DNA from: a virus
Lineage: Duplodnaviria > Caudoviricetes
Length of the DNA stretch: 64,000 nucleotides
Strand: one strand, 5' to 3'
Virus record (IMG/VR): IMGVR_UViG_3300021254_001514
Coordinates: 18,853-82,852 of that record
Part shown: positions 56,142-62,986 of the stretch, piece after piece
Layout of the letters: every line of letters begins with the position of its first letter
Numbering within the stretch: the stretch's first letter is position 1
Notes under the pieces: model-generated
What the model saw: only the letters and a program-made list of their open reading frames with translations
Databases searched by the model: none
Told to the model about the DNA's origin: nothing
Program-made: the position numbers and the translations under genes

Positions 56142-56744
56142 CTATTCTAAAACATACACTGCGGCGCTCTGTCTACCGAATTGCACCGCACTATCATAAT
56201 CATCAACATAGATGTCGATAACATTTGAAGCCATTCCACCTGTATCATGGATATATCGTTTTCCGATACCCTCTATATAAACCCATTTATGCCATAAATA
56301 TGGATCATTACAAGCAGCAGTATAGCCTACTTCTGGATAAACACCATCCGCGCAAGGATTACCTGTCCAAATATATGCTGTTAATTCCATATTAGAATAA
56401 TAGGTCATACCTTGTTCTGCGGCCGGGGCTTCTGTTGTGACAATGGCTTCTGTATTTTCTTCAATAAAAGTTTCTACTGTATATTCAGTTGTTTCTTTAT
56501 ACTCAGTTTCCGTTTCAGTTTCTATTTCTTCTTCAGTTACATAAATATACTTATATTCTATTGTTTTTACAACTACATACTCCTTTTCTTTTTCTTCAGA
56601 GTCTGTAGAGGTTGCTATTCTATTTTGTTCACTTGATTGTTCTCTTTCTTTTTCTAGCTCCTCGAACGCATCTGCGCCAAGAATACCAATAAGAGCGAGA
56701 ATAATTGTCAATAAGATAATCTTAATATAGTCTGCTTTTTGCAT
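56142..56744 (-). CDS. Membrane-anchored 3D-domain (lytic transglycosylase-like) protein
   Basis: N-terminal TM, E/T-rich linker, then ELTAY..ADG..TAACND..HDTGG..IDIY. Confidence 0.8.
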   Translation of the reverse strand: MQKADYIKIILLTIILALIGILGADAFEELEKEREQSSEQNRIATSTDSEEKEKEYVVVKTIEYKYIYVTEEEIETETETEYKETTEYTVETFIEENTEAIVTTEAPAAEQGMTYYSNMELTAYIWTGNPCADGVYPEVGYTAACNDPYLWHKWVYIEGIGKRYIHDTGGMASNVIDIYVDDYDSAVQFGRQSAAVYVLE

Positions 56745-56780
56745 AAAAACCTCCGTATTACGCGGCGGCCTAGGCAGAAT

Positions 56781-57086
56781 TTATTCTTCTATTAGTTTTA
56801 AAGTTCTACATCCTGAGAGAGGCTTTTCTCTATTTGGCTTTGTCTTATAAGACCACCATTCGGAACCATTATATTCTACCCGTTCAAGCCACCAGTCATC
56901 ACCTACAATCGCTAACGCAGCGTTTACTTGTACAATACCATAACCATTATTGTAATTAAAATCCTTTGCTGCGATTGTAAAATATTCAAAGCTACAGAAA
57001 TAAACTCCATCAGTAACAAACTGAACATCTTCGGGGGTTTTTCTGTGAACCAAAAGACAGTCTATAGTTTCTTTTAATAGATTCAT
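56781..57086 (-). CDS. Conserved hypothetical phage protein (101 aa)
   Basis: MNLLKET..IVGDDWWLERVEYNGSEWW. Confidence 0.7.
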   Translation of the reverse strand: MNLLKETIDCLLVHRKTPEDVQFVTDGVYFCSFEYFTIAAKDFNYNNGYGIVQVNAALAIVGDDWWLERVEYNGSEWWSYKTKPNREKPLSGCRTLKLIEE

Positions 57087-57088
57087 TT

Positions 57089-57331
57089 TTACTCCTTTAT
57101 AAGGAAATTATTAATTTTTTCACAAAGATCTTTAAATTCTTCTTCTTTTTCAGTATAGACGTTCATCCTTATAGGACGTATTAAGTCTAAACTAAAAATT
57201 CCCATAATTGATTTCGCGTCGACTACATACTTCCCATTTACCAAATCAATTTCTATAGGTAGTTCGTCTACTATTTTTACAAATTCTTTGATTTTAGAAA
57301 TAGAATTTAAACTAATTTTTGTACTAAACAT
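57089..57331 (-). CDS. HPr-family protein lacking the catalytic His
   Basis: VDAKSIMGIFSL (Ser46 motif); no histidine anywhere in the protein. Confidence 0.8.
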   Translation of the reverse strand: MFSTKISLNSISKIKEFVKIVDELPIEIDLVNGKYVVDAKSIMGIFSLDLIRPIRMNVYTEKEEEFKDLCEKINNFLIKE

Positions 57332-57403
57332 TTTATCACCTTGATGTTAAAGCTCCCTACTTCTACTTATGGCGGGGAATCACCGATGTTAAAACTCCCT
57401 GTA

Positions 57404-57682
57404 TCACTCTAAATAAACATCAATACACCAAACAGATTCTTCTGTCTCAAAAGTAACTATGTAATCTTTAACAAAGAATGGGCCATGTACATCTCCCCAT
57501 TCCTCAGAAGTTTCTAAATATTCAAATTCATTAAACTGGCACTCAGCCTTTGATTCTTTTAGAAAATTATAAAGATCCACAACATTTACAAAATCTTCTG
57601 TCATATAACAAGGGCCTTGGCACATTTTATCATCTTCTTTTAAGTAGTGAAACCTAACTATCCCTTTCATTTTTTTTCTCAT
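57404..57682 (-). CDS. Hypothetical protein
   Basis: Own promoter and RBS. Confidence 0.6.
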   Translation of the reverse strand: MRKKMKGIVRFHYLKEDDKMCQGPCYMTEDFVNVVDLYNFLKESKAECQFNEFEYLETSEEWGDVHGPFFVKDYIVTFETEESVWCIDVYLE

Positions 57683-57724
57683 TTTTTAAAACCCCTTTCT
57701 ATGTTTTCTTTATTATATTATACT

Positions 57725-57774
57725 ATAAAAAATAAAAAAAAGCAAATTTCTGGGAGTCTTTCCCAGAAATTTGC
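57725..57774 (-). terminator. Strong intrinsic terminator ending the RNA operon
   Basis: 14-bp stem GCAAATTTCTGGGA/TCCCAGAAATTTGC plus a long U-tract on the minus strand. Confidence 0.9.
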
Positions 57775-58350
57775 CACGACTCGGCGCGGGTTGTATAAAG
57801 ATACCGCCATACTCGAGAATATAATTTTTTGCCTATCGCCGTTAATCTAAGGCCCAACCCTTAGTGGTAGAGGTCTATCCCCTAGAGTTCCTTCTGTTCG
57901 ATTTATAACCCGCAGATATGAAGTGGGTGGACTCAGCTTGGTCCAATGCGGCAGGTCGATTTTACTAAGTAATAACCGCCTTTAGAAGCTTCCGACTTTT
58001 GGTTAACCAGACCTTTAGATAAGAGGATAAAGTCATAATCCCTCTTGACGAAGTGCGTGTCGTCCTACGAGCAAATCTCTGGGTTTGCTTTCCCTGGGAT
58101 TTCTCCCCGATCCCATACGGCTTTTTAATTTTACTGGTTAAGAAGGGATTTCAACCTTGGTTTGTTATGTTTGTTCATAATCGTCTTGGTACATAACGAC
58201 CTCAGGGGCTACGTTCGTCGCTCACGAGACCCAAGCTTTTTGTCTGACCAGCAGTAGGTCTAAACCTTGCTGCCAGTAGACAGTCTTGGCGCCAGCTTAT
58301 TAGTGCTGGCACGTCATATCCTGTCAATTCAGGCCTTACTACCCCTTGAA
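57775..58350 (-). ncRNA. Candidate large structured ncRNA A (about 575 nt; ROOL/GOLLD-like context)
   Basis: No credible ORF; many hairpins and long-range complementarity; lies between tRNA-Ile and a terminator. Confidence 0.6.
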
Positions 58351-58351
58351 G

Positions 58352-58425
58352 TAGAAAGAATGGGACTTGAACCCATGACCTTCGCCTTATCAGAGCGACG
58401 TTCTAACCAACTGAACTATCTTTCT
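58352..58425 (-). tRNA. tRNA-Ile(GAT)
   Basis: Cloverleaf; anticodon arm TCGCT-CTGATAA-GGCGA. Confidence 0.92.
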
Positions 58426-58429
58426 ATGT

Positions 58430-58770
58430 GCGAGGCTCAACCCTCGCTTGCAGAGAATGTCCCTGGAGTTCCCCAACTTTTTGTGCGGCATGGGTGGTGG
58501 GCACGAGACCGCCGCGGCTACAAGCCAATAGGTTTTCAGTTTCCATACTGATGTTACGGGGTTCTGGGCTTGGCGAGGTGATCACTACTCTACCACCCAT
58601 GGGATCCCACCTCAAACAAATTGAAGGCGTCACTTCTTTTTTTAAGGAGAATTGTCAACTTCCCAAGCACTATTACGTTGGTACTTTCACGGCTGTTTTC
58701 ATCAGCTTTAGCTTCTCGTCGGTGAAGCATCCGACTTGGTCTTTTTTCGACGCATAGGCAACCAAGAGGC
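58430..58770 (-). ncRNA. Candidate structured ncRNA B (about 340 nt)
   Basis: GC-rich spacer between tRNAs; 10-bp long-range pair CATGGGTGGT/ACCACCCATG. Confidence 0.45.
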
Positions 58771-58774
58771 CTAA

Positions 58775-58845
58775 AGCCGCCAGACGGATTTGAACCATCG
58801 TACACTGATTACAAATCAGTAGTCCTACCACTAGACGATGGCGGC
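58775..58845 (-). tRNA. tRNA-Thr(TGT)
   Basis: Cloverleaf; ACTGA-TTTGTAA-TCAGT. Confidence 0.9.
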
Positions 58846-58915
58846 AGGGCCAAATAGGTATATTATATTATACCTATTTGGTTTTAAAAAAAGAAAGAAG
58901 GACTATTATATAGTA

Positions 58916-59120
58916 AGTGCCGGGTGTGCAGTTTCAATCACACGCATCCATGTTGGGTTCAACGACTCGTAACTGAGGTAGCTTACGCGGATTTGTATTC
59001 CCAGAGCAAAACGCGATTTGGTCTTTGTAGTCCACCGCTGCCTACTGTGGTGTCTCCCCACTGCTTCCCAACGTACTGGCTTTATTCTCTTCACGACTTT
59101 TAATACTTGTCTACCGACAC
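58916..59120 (-). ncRNA. tRNA-like RNA with a roughly 140-nt domain replacing the anticodon arm
   Basis: Acceptor GTGTCGG/CCGGCAC, D-like hairpin at the 5' end, T-like arm at the 3' end. Confidence 0.55.
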
Positions 59121-59134
59121 AGAATTAAAACATA

Positions 59135-59323
59135 TTACTCATTTGAAACTATAATTTCCCAATCATCATCATAATGAAGAGCTAAACCTCCCCAAGTTCC
59201 ATGAATTTGGTGCATATCGTCTATATATTTAACGACTCCTTCACGGTCTCTATATTGAGGTTCACCGAACATATGATAAATATGGATAAGGTCTCCAGGT
59301 TCTACACAGGACTTTTCTTTCAT
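59135..59323 (-). CDS. DUF4314-like small protein
   Basis: GD.I.I.HM.GEP..GVV..IDD..QIHGTW; own promoter and GAGG RBS. Confidence 0.65.
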   Translation of the reverse strand: MKEKSCVEPGDLIHIYHMFGEPQYRDREGVVKYIDDMHQIHGTWGGLALHYDDDWEIIVSNE

Positions 59324-59445
59324 TTTCTTTCCTCACTTTCTATAAATAGTATATCAAAAAAATAATGAAAAGTCAATTTTTAAAACTGGGCTACGTCTAA
59401 AAGAAATAAATATTTTTCATATTTGATCTCTTTTGTTTTTAATAG

Positions 59446-59516
59446 TTGGGGATGAGGGTTATGCTCCCCCGCCTCATGGGTCAAAGCCATGCTTGCTACT
59501 ATTACACCAATCCCCA
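59446..59516 (-). tRNA. tRNA-Gln(TTG) with non-canonical T-loop
   Basis: CATGG-CTTTGAC-CCATG; T-loop AGCATAA. Confidence 0.8.
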
Positions 59517-59591
59517 TTATGTGGTTAAATTTCTAACCACTGTTCATCTGTATATTGTCGAATTTCCTTTTTGTTCGAGGTAAATTCAATG

Positions 59592-59674
59592 CGTCGCCAC
59601 CAGGACTCGAACCTGGACTACCGCGAGGTAGGATAGATTAGCAATCTATTGGAATACCCTTATCCCATAGCGAC
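59592..59674 (-). tRNA. tRNA-Ser(GCT)
   Basis: ATAGA-TTGCTAA-TCTAT; long variable arm. Confidence 0.88.
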
Positions 59675-59683
59675 ATATAATTA

Positions 59684-59786
59684 CATAATAGATAAGGATT
59701 TGCACCTTACATGATGACACTTTCAACCTATGTACACTTGGTGTTCATCTTATGCCATAAGCGTCTACCTATTCCGCCACTATTAT
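59684..59786 (-). ncRNA. Leu-type tRNA scaffold with aberrant, expanded anticodon region
   Basis: Acceptor ATAATAG/CTATTAT, D-arm GCGGAATAGGTAGACGC, T-arm TAAGG-TGCAAAT-CCTTA; no 7-nt anticodon loop. Confidence 0.55.
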
Positions 59787-59794
59787 GATTTAAT

Positions 59795-59920
59795 TTGTAA
59801 TGGTGACCCTAAGCTTCTTACCTTCCCCGACGTTTTACCCATTACTATTCTTAACAGCTGACACTATTAAGACCTTAGGAATAAGTTTTTCATCATAGAC
59901 CTGTCAGAACCTATGAATAG
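59795..59920 (-). ncRNA. Candidate compact doubly pseudoknotted RNA
   Basis: Complementary hairpin loops CUGACA/UGUCAG plus crossing helices. Confidence 0.45.
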
Positions 59921-59927
59921 CTTTGTG

Positions 59928-60000
59928 TACAGCCCCAAGGAGTCGAACCTTGTGTCATCGGGTATAAGCCGATTCCCCAAAACCGTCGAGGACGAGCTGC
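59928..60000 (-). tRNA. tRNA-Ile(TAT)
   Basis: ATCGG-CTTATAC-CCGAT; canonical T-arm; atypical G8 and D-loop. Confidence 0.75.
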
Positions 60001-60007
60001 ATAGTAG

Positions 60008-60091
60008 TGGAGGTAGAGGGAATCGAACCCACTCGAGCTATAAAGCGATAAATTTACAGTCTACCCCGTCTCCTTAACGGTTTATACCTCC
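60008..60091 (-). tRNA. tRNA-Tyr(GTA)
   Basis: GTAGA-CTGTAAA-TTTAT; long variable arm. Confidence 0.85.
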
Positions 60092-60228
60092 TTTTAAAAC
60101 TAAATCACATCGGCTCATTACTCGTGTACATCGAGGACATAACCGAACCATACCGAAACAATACAGGTATCGTCTTTTCTGGTGCTCTCGATTTAGTTGC
60201 TTTAAGCATGATTTAATATGTCTGCCTG

Positions 60229-60300
60229 TGGGCCCGGAGGGATTTGAACCCTCATCTTACAGATTAAAAGTCTGCCATTCTACCATTAAACTACAGGCCC
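60229..60300 (-). tRNA. tRNA-Lys(TTT)
   Basis: GCAGA-CTTTTAA-TCTGT. Confidence 0.92.
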
Positions 60301-60305
60301 ATAAT

Positions 60306-60381
60306 TACAGACGAAGGGACTCGAACCCTTAACCGTCGGATTAGAAGTCCGATGCTCTAATTCCTATTGAGCTACGCCTGT
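60306..60381 (-). tRNA. tRNA-Arg(TCT)
   Basis: TCGGA-CTTCTAA-TCCGA. Confidence 0.92.
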
Positions 60382-60387
60382 GTATGA

Positions 60388-60461
60388 TAGGGATGAGGAG
60401 ACTCGAACTCCCGACCTTCGGTTTAAGAGACCGCTACTCTCACCAACTGAGTTACATCCCA
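60388..60461 (-). tRNA. tRNA-Lys(CTT)
   Basis: GCGGT-CTCTTAA-ACCGA; 1:72 mismatch. Confidence 0.85.
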
Positions 60462-60462
60462 G

Positions 60463-60534
60463 CTCCCACAGTAGGACTCGAACCTACAACTTTCTGATTA
60501 ACAGTCAGATGCTCTACCATTGAACTATGTGGGA
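60463..60534 (-). tRNA. tRNA-Asn(GTT)
   Basis: TCTGA-CTGTTAA-TCAGA. Confidence 0.93.
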
Positions 60535-60539
60535 ATATA

Positions 60540-60624
60540 CGACAAGGGTGGGATTTGAACCCACGGACCTTTTAGGCCTCTGGTTTTCAAGACCAGCGCA
60601 ATAGACCAACTCTGCCACCTTGTC
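60540..60624 (-). tRNA. tRNA-Ser(TGA)
   Basis: CTGGT-CTTGAAA-ACCAG; long variable arm. Confidence 0.92.
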
Positions 60625-60637
60625 AAAGAGGATAAAA

Positions 60638-61360
60638 TTATTTTATCCTCACTACTTTATTATATAAACAAGTATGATTACCTATCGTAGTATCTGTATG
60701 ATGATGTCCAAAATACCAATGCTTAAATTCTAATCCAAAATCTTTTTCCAAATGCCAAAAGAACTGTGTTAATTCATCTGGATTAGGATGCATACTATAT
60801 AATCTTTGTAAAAGTTGAGTACCGCAACAATGGGTTAATACATAATCAACATTAAAATGAACCTTATCAAGATTGGCCATAGCCTCTTCATATTCTTCTT
60901 TTGAAGGCATTTCCTCTTTCCACCATGAATACCCCTCAATCCTGTATACTTTATCTACGGACATTGCGCCACCCATTGTGAAAAAAGATTTTCCATCTAT
61001 ATTATAGACCTGTCCTCTCATTAGATGAATTACGTGCGGCGCATGGGGATGTACCTGAACTTTTCCACCAAACATTTCAATAACTGGTTGCTGCGCCCAC
61101 CATGAATGAAAATCATGATTCCCATCTATAAAAAGAGTCGTGTACTTTTGATTCTCAAGCCAGTTGATCCAATAATAATATTCACCCACTCCATCTTTAT
61201 ATTCATCCAGGTCAGCAGGACAAAAAGGAAGTCCAAAATCTCCAAGGACAATCATATAATCATTTCTTGTTAAGGTGTCGCCCATATTTTGTTCAAATAC
61301 GACTAACTTATCAATATCTAAATAACCATGAACATCTCCAGTAACAAAGATTCTGCTCAT
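60638..61360 (-). CDS. Calcineurin-like metallophosphoesterase
   Basis: GDVHG, LGDFG, DGNHD, TH and FGHHH motifs. Confidence 0.9.
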   Translation of the reverse strand: MSRIFVTGDVHGYLDIDKLVVFEQNMGDTLTRNDYMIVLGDFGLPFCPADLDEYKDGVGEYYYWINWLENQKYTTLFIDGNHDFHSWWAQQPVIEMFGGKVQVHPHAPHVIHLMRGQVYNIDGKSFFTMGGAMSVDKVYRIEGYSWWKEEMPSKEEYEEAMANLDKVHFNVDYVLTHCCGTQLLQRLYSMHPNPDELTQFFWHLEKDFGLEFKHWYFGHHHTDTTIGNHTCLYNKVVRIK

Positions 61361-61399
61361 CCTATCTTCTCCCTTCCTTCTTTATAAGAACTTCTTTAG

Positions 61400-61481
61400 T
61401 ACCGGCAGAGGGACTCGAACCCTCACGGCCAAAGACCCTGGGATTTTAAGTCCCATGCGGCTACCATTACGCCATGCCGGC
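61400..61481 (-). tRNA. tRNA-Leu(TAA)
   Basis: TGGGA-CTTAAAA-TCCCA; variable arm. Confidence 0.92.
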
Positions 61482-61631
61482 AAATGCGGGTACGTTTTAG
61501 GCTACCATCCCGCTTCAATGCCACGCCGGATTTTCAATTAGGTCGGGCGCGCGACCAATTATACCAGGTTTTTTCTTTCTTTCTTTATCTTATATATATA
61601 TTATAATAAATATTCTTTAAAAAGTCAAATA

Positions 61632-61865
61632 TTATTTAGGAAAATGCTGAAAATAAATTTCAAGATTCTCGCAAACCTTACCAGCTTTTACCATTCTACC
61701 AAATCTCTTTGCTGCTCGATTCCGAATGATGTCTGGGCGATAAGACTCCGAAAAGAACTTAATTGCACCATTGATCGTCTGCCATCCATCATTAATATTC
61801 ATAATCTGCCCATCGCACATCGTACGCGCCTGCTGACTCCAGCTCCTTGAATTATAAGCCTTCAT
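61632..61865 (-). CDS. Hypothetical protein (77 aa)
   Basis: Own promoter and AAGGAG RBS. Confidence 0.65.
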   Translation of the reverse strand: MKAYNSRSWSQQARTMCDGQIMNINDGWQTINGAIKFFSESYRPDIIRNRAAKRFGRMVKAGKVCENLEIYFQHFPK

Positions 61866-61972
61866 ATAATTAACTCCTTTCAGAATCAATTTCCTTTTTT
61901 CATCTTACATATATATTATAACAAATATTTTTTAAAAAATCAAATATTAAAAAAGAAAATTTTACAAATAAG

Positions 61973-62044
61973 CGATCTTATAGGGAATCGAACCCTAATT
62001 TTCGGAGAGACAATCCGATGTAATAGCCGTTATACTATAAGACC
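61973..62044 (-). tRNA. tRNA-Asp(GTC)
   Basis: TCGGA-TTGTCTC-TCCGA. Confidence 0.88.
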
Positions 62045-62047
62045 AAA

Positions 62048-62126
62048 TGCCCTCGGAGAGACTCGAACTCTCACGCTCGCGCACTAGTTCCTAAGACTAG
62101 CGTGTCTACCATTCCACCACAAGGGC
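62048..62126 (-). tRNA. tRNA-Leu(TAG)
   Basis: CTAGT-CTTAGGA-ACTAG. Confidence 0.92.
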
Positions 62127-62129
62127 TAG

Positions 62130-62750
62130 AGGGGAGAGAATTATATATCTCCCCTTTCTCTTTCTATATAAAATCCCCTATGCTATTATGCTTACACCAC
62201 CAGACCTGGGGAAGAACTAAATATATGGCTCTCAAAGAAAGAGAAAACCTTTCACCATATACTTTTAATTAGTATATACAATCCTGTATTCTAGGGCATA
62301 TACTAGACCCTGTTCAGTTTAGTCGGTCTGACAACCGCCACGATAGCCTGCCGAGGACGGACAGCAATCCCGCCAATTACGTGGGTCTAAACGCCACGCC
62401 GGTTCAGTTTGATTTTACCACACCCGGTTATCTACCCTCTGTGGAATGCGCAGCCAGGTTCTGCGCTCGCCTTAATCTCAAAAGAACTTTCGGAAGTTAT
62501 TAACTTTTATCCGCATCGGATTTCTCATCATCAGGAGTTAACCGAAACACCTAAGGTTTTTTGTTCTTTAGGCTCAAACCTGTTTAGTATTGTGAGACTA
62601 TTTAGATTGTTTCCAAAGTGGTCTATTCGGATTATCTAATTATAACGTAAGGATAAAGTCTCCTACCCCCAGCAATATATCGTGTTGCTTTACGTATGCA
62701 CAGCGCATAAACTCTATCTTCTTTTTGACCTATGGCAAGATAAGAACCAT
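62130..62750 (-). ncRNA. Candidate large structured ncRNA E (about 620 nt)
   Basis: No credible ORF on the transcribed strand; multi-hairpin; between tRNA-fMet and tRNA-Leu. Confidence 0.55.
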
Positions 62751-62753
62751 AAA

Positions 62754-62827
62754 TAGCGGGGACAGGATTTGAACCTGTGACCTTCAGGTCATGAGCCTGA
62801 CGAGCTTCCGAGCTGCTCCACCCCGCG
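62754..62827 (-). tRNA. tRNA-Met(CAT), initiator-like
   Basis: CGCGGGGTGGAGCAG start, C1:U72 mismatch, TCAGG-CTCATGA-CCTGA. Confidence 0.9.
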
Positions 62828-62830
62828 ATA

Positions 62831-62932
62831 ATACCATCAGTAAGGAATCGAACCTTATCCTCCGGCTCTGAGTATCTATTGGTTAAATAGCCTCCGGAGC
62901 CAGTGTGCCGCCATTACACTATATAATAGTAT
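62831..62932 (-). ncRNA. tRNA scaffold with an inserted hairpin in the anticodon loop
   Basis: D-arm GTGT-AATGGCG-GCAC, stem CTGGCTC/GAGCCGG enclosing 28 nt, T-arm TAAGG-TTCGATT-CCTTA. Confidence 0.6.
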
Positions 62933-62986
62933 CTATACTACTAAAGTAACTAACTTTTTCATATAGAGTTATTATAATGCCTTTTG

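Noticed and set aside
58660-58720. Hammerhead ribozyme (CUGAUGA..GAAA on the minus strand)
   Set aside because: The segment between CUGAUGA and GAAA does not form stem II, and no stem III/NUH pairing was found.
62130-62750. RNase P RNA, tmRNA or SRP RNA identity for the large non-coding segments
   Set aside because: No GAGGAAAGUCC/P4 pair, no G3:U70 tRNA-like domain with a tag ORF, and no SRP domain IV motif seen. CAGAACCUGGCU alone is insufficient.
62710-62752. preQ1-I riboswitch-like pseudoknot (UAUGG-UUC..CCAUA)
   Set aside because: Lacks the conserved C before the P1 3' strand and the AAAAAAC tail; no downstream regulated gene.
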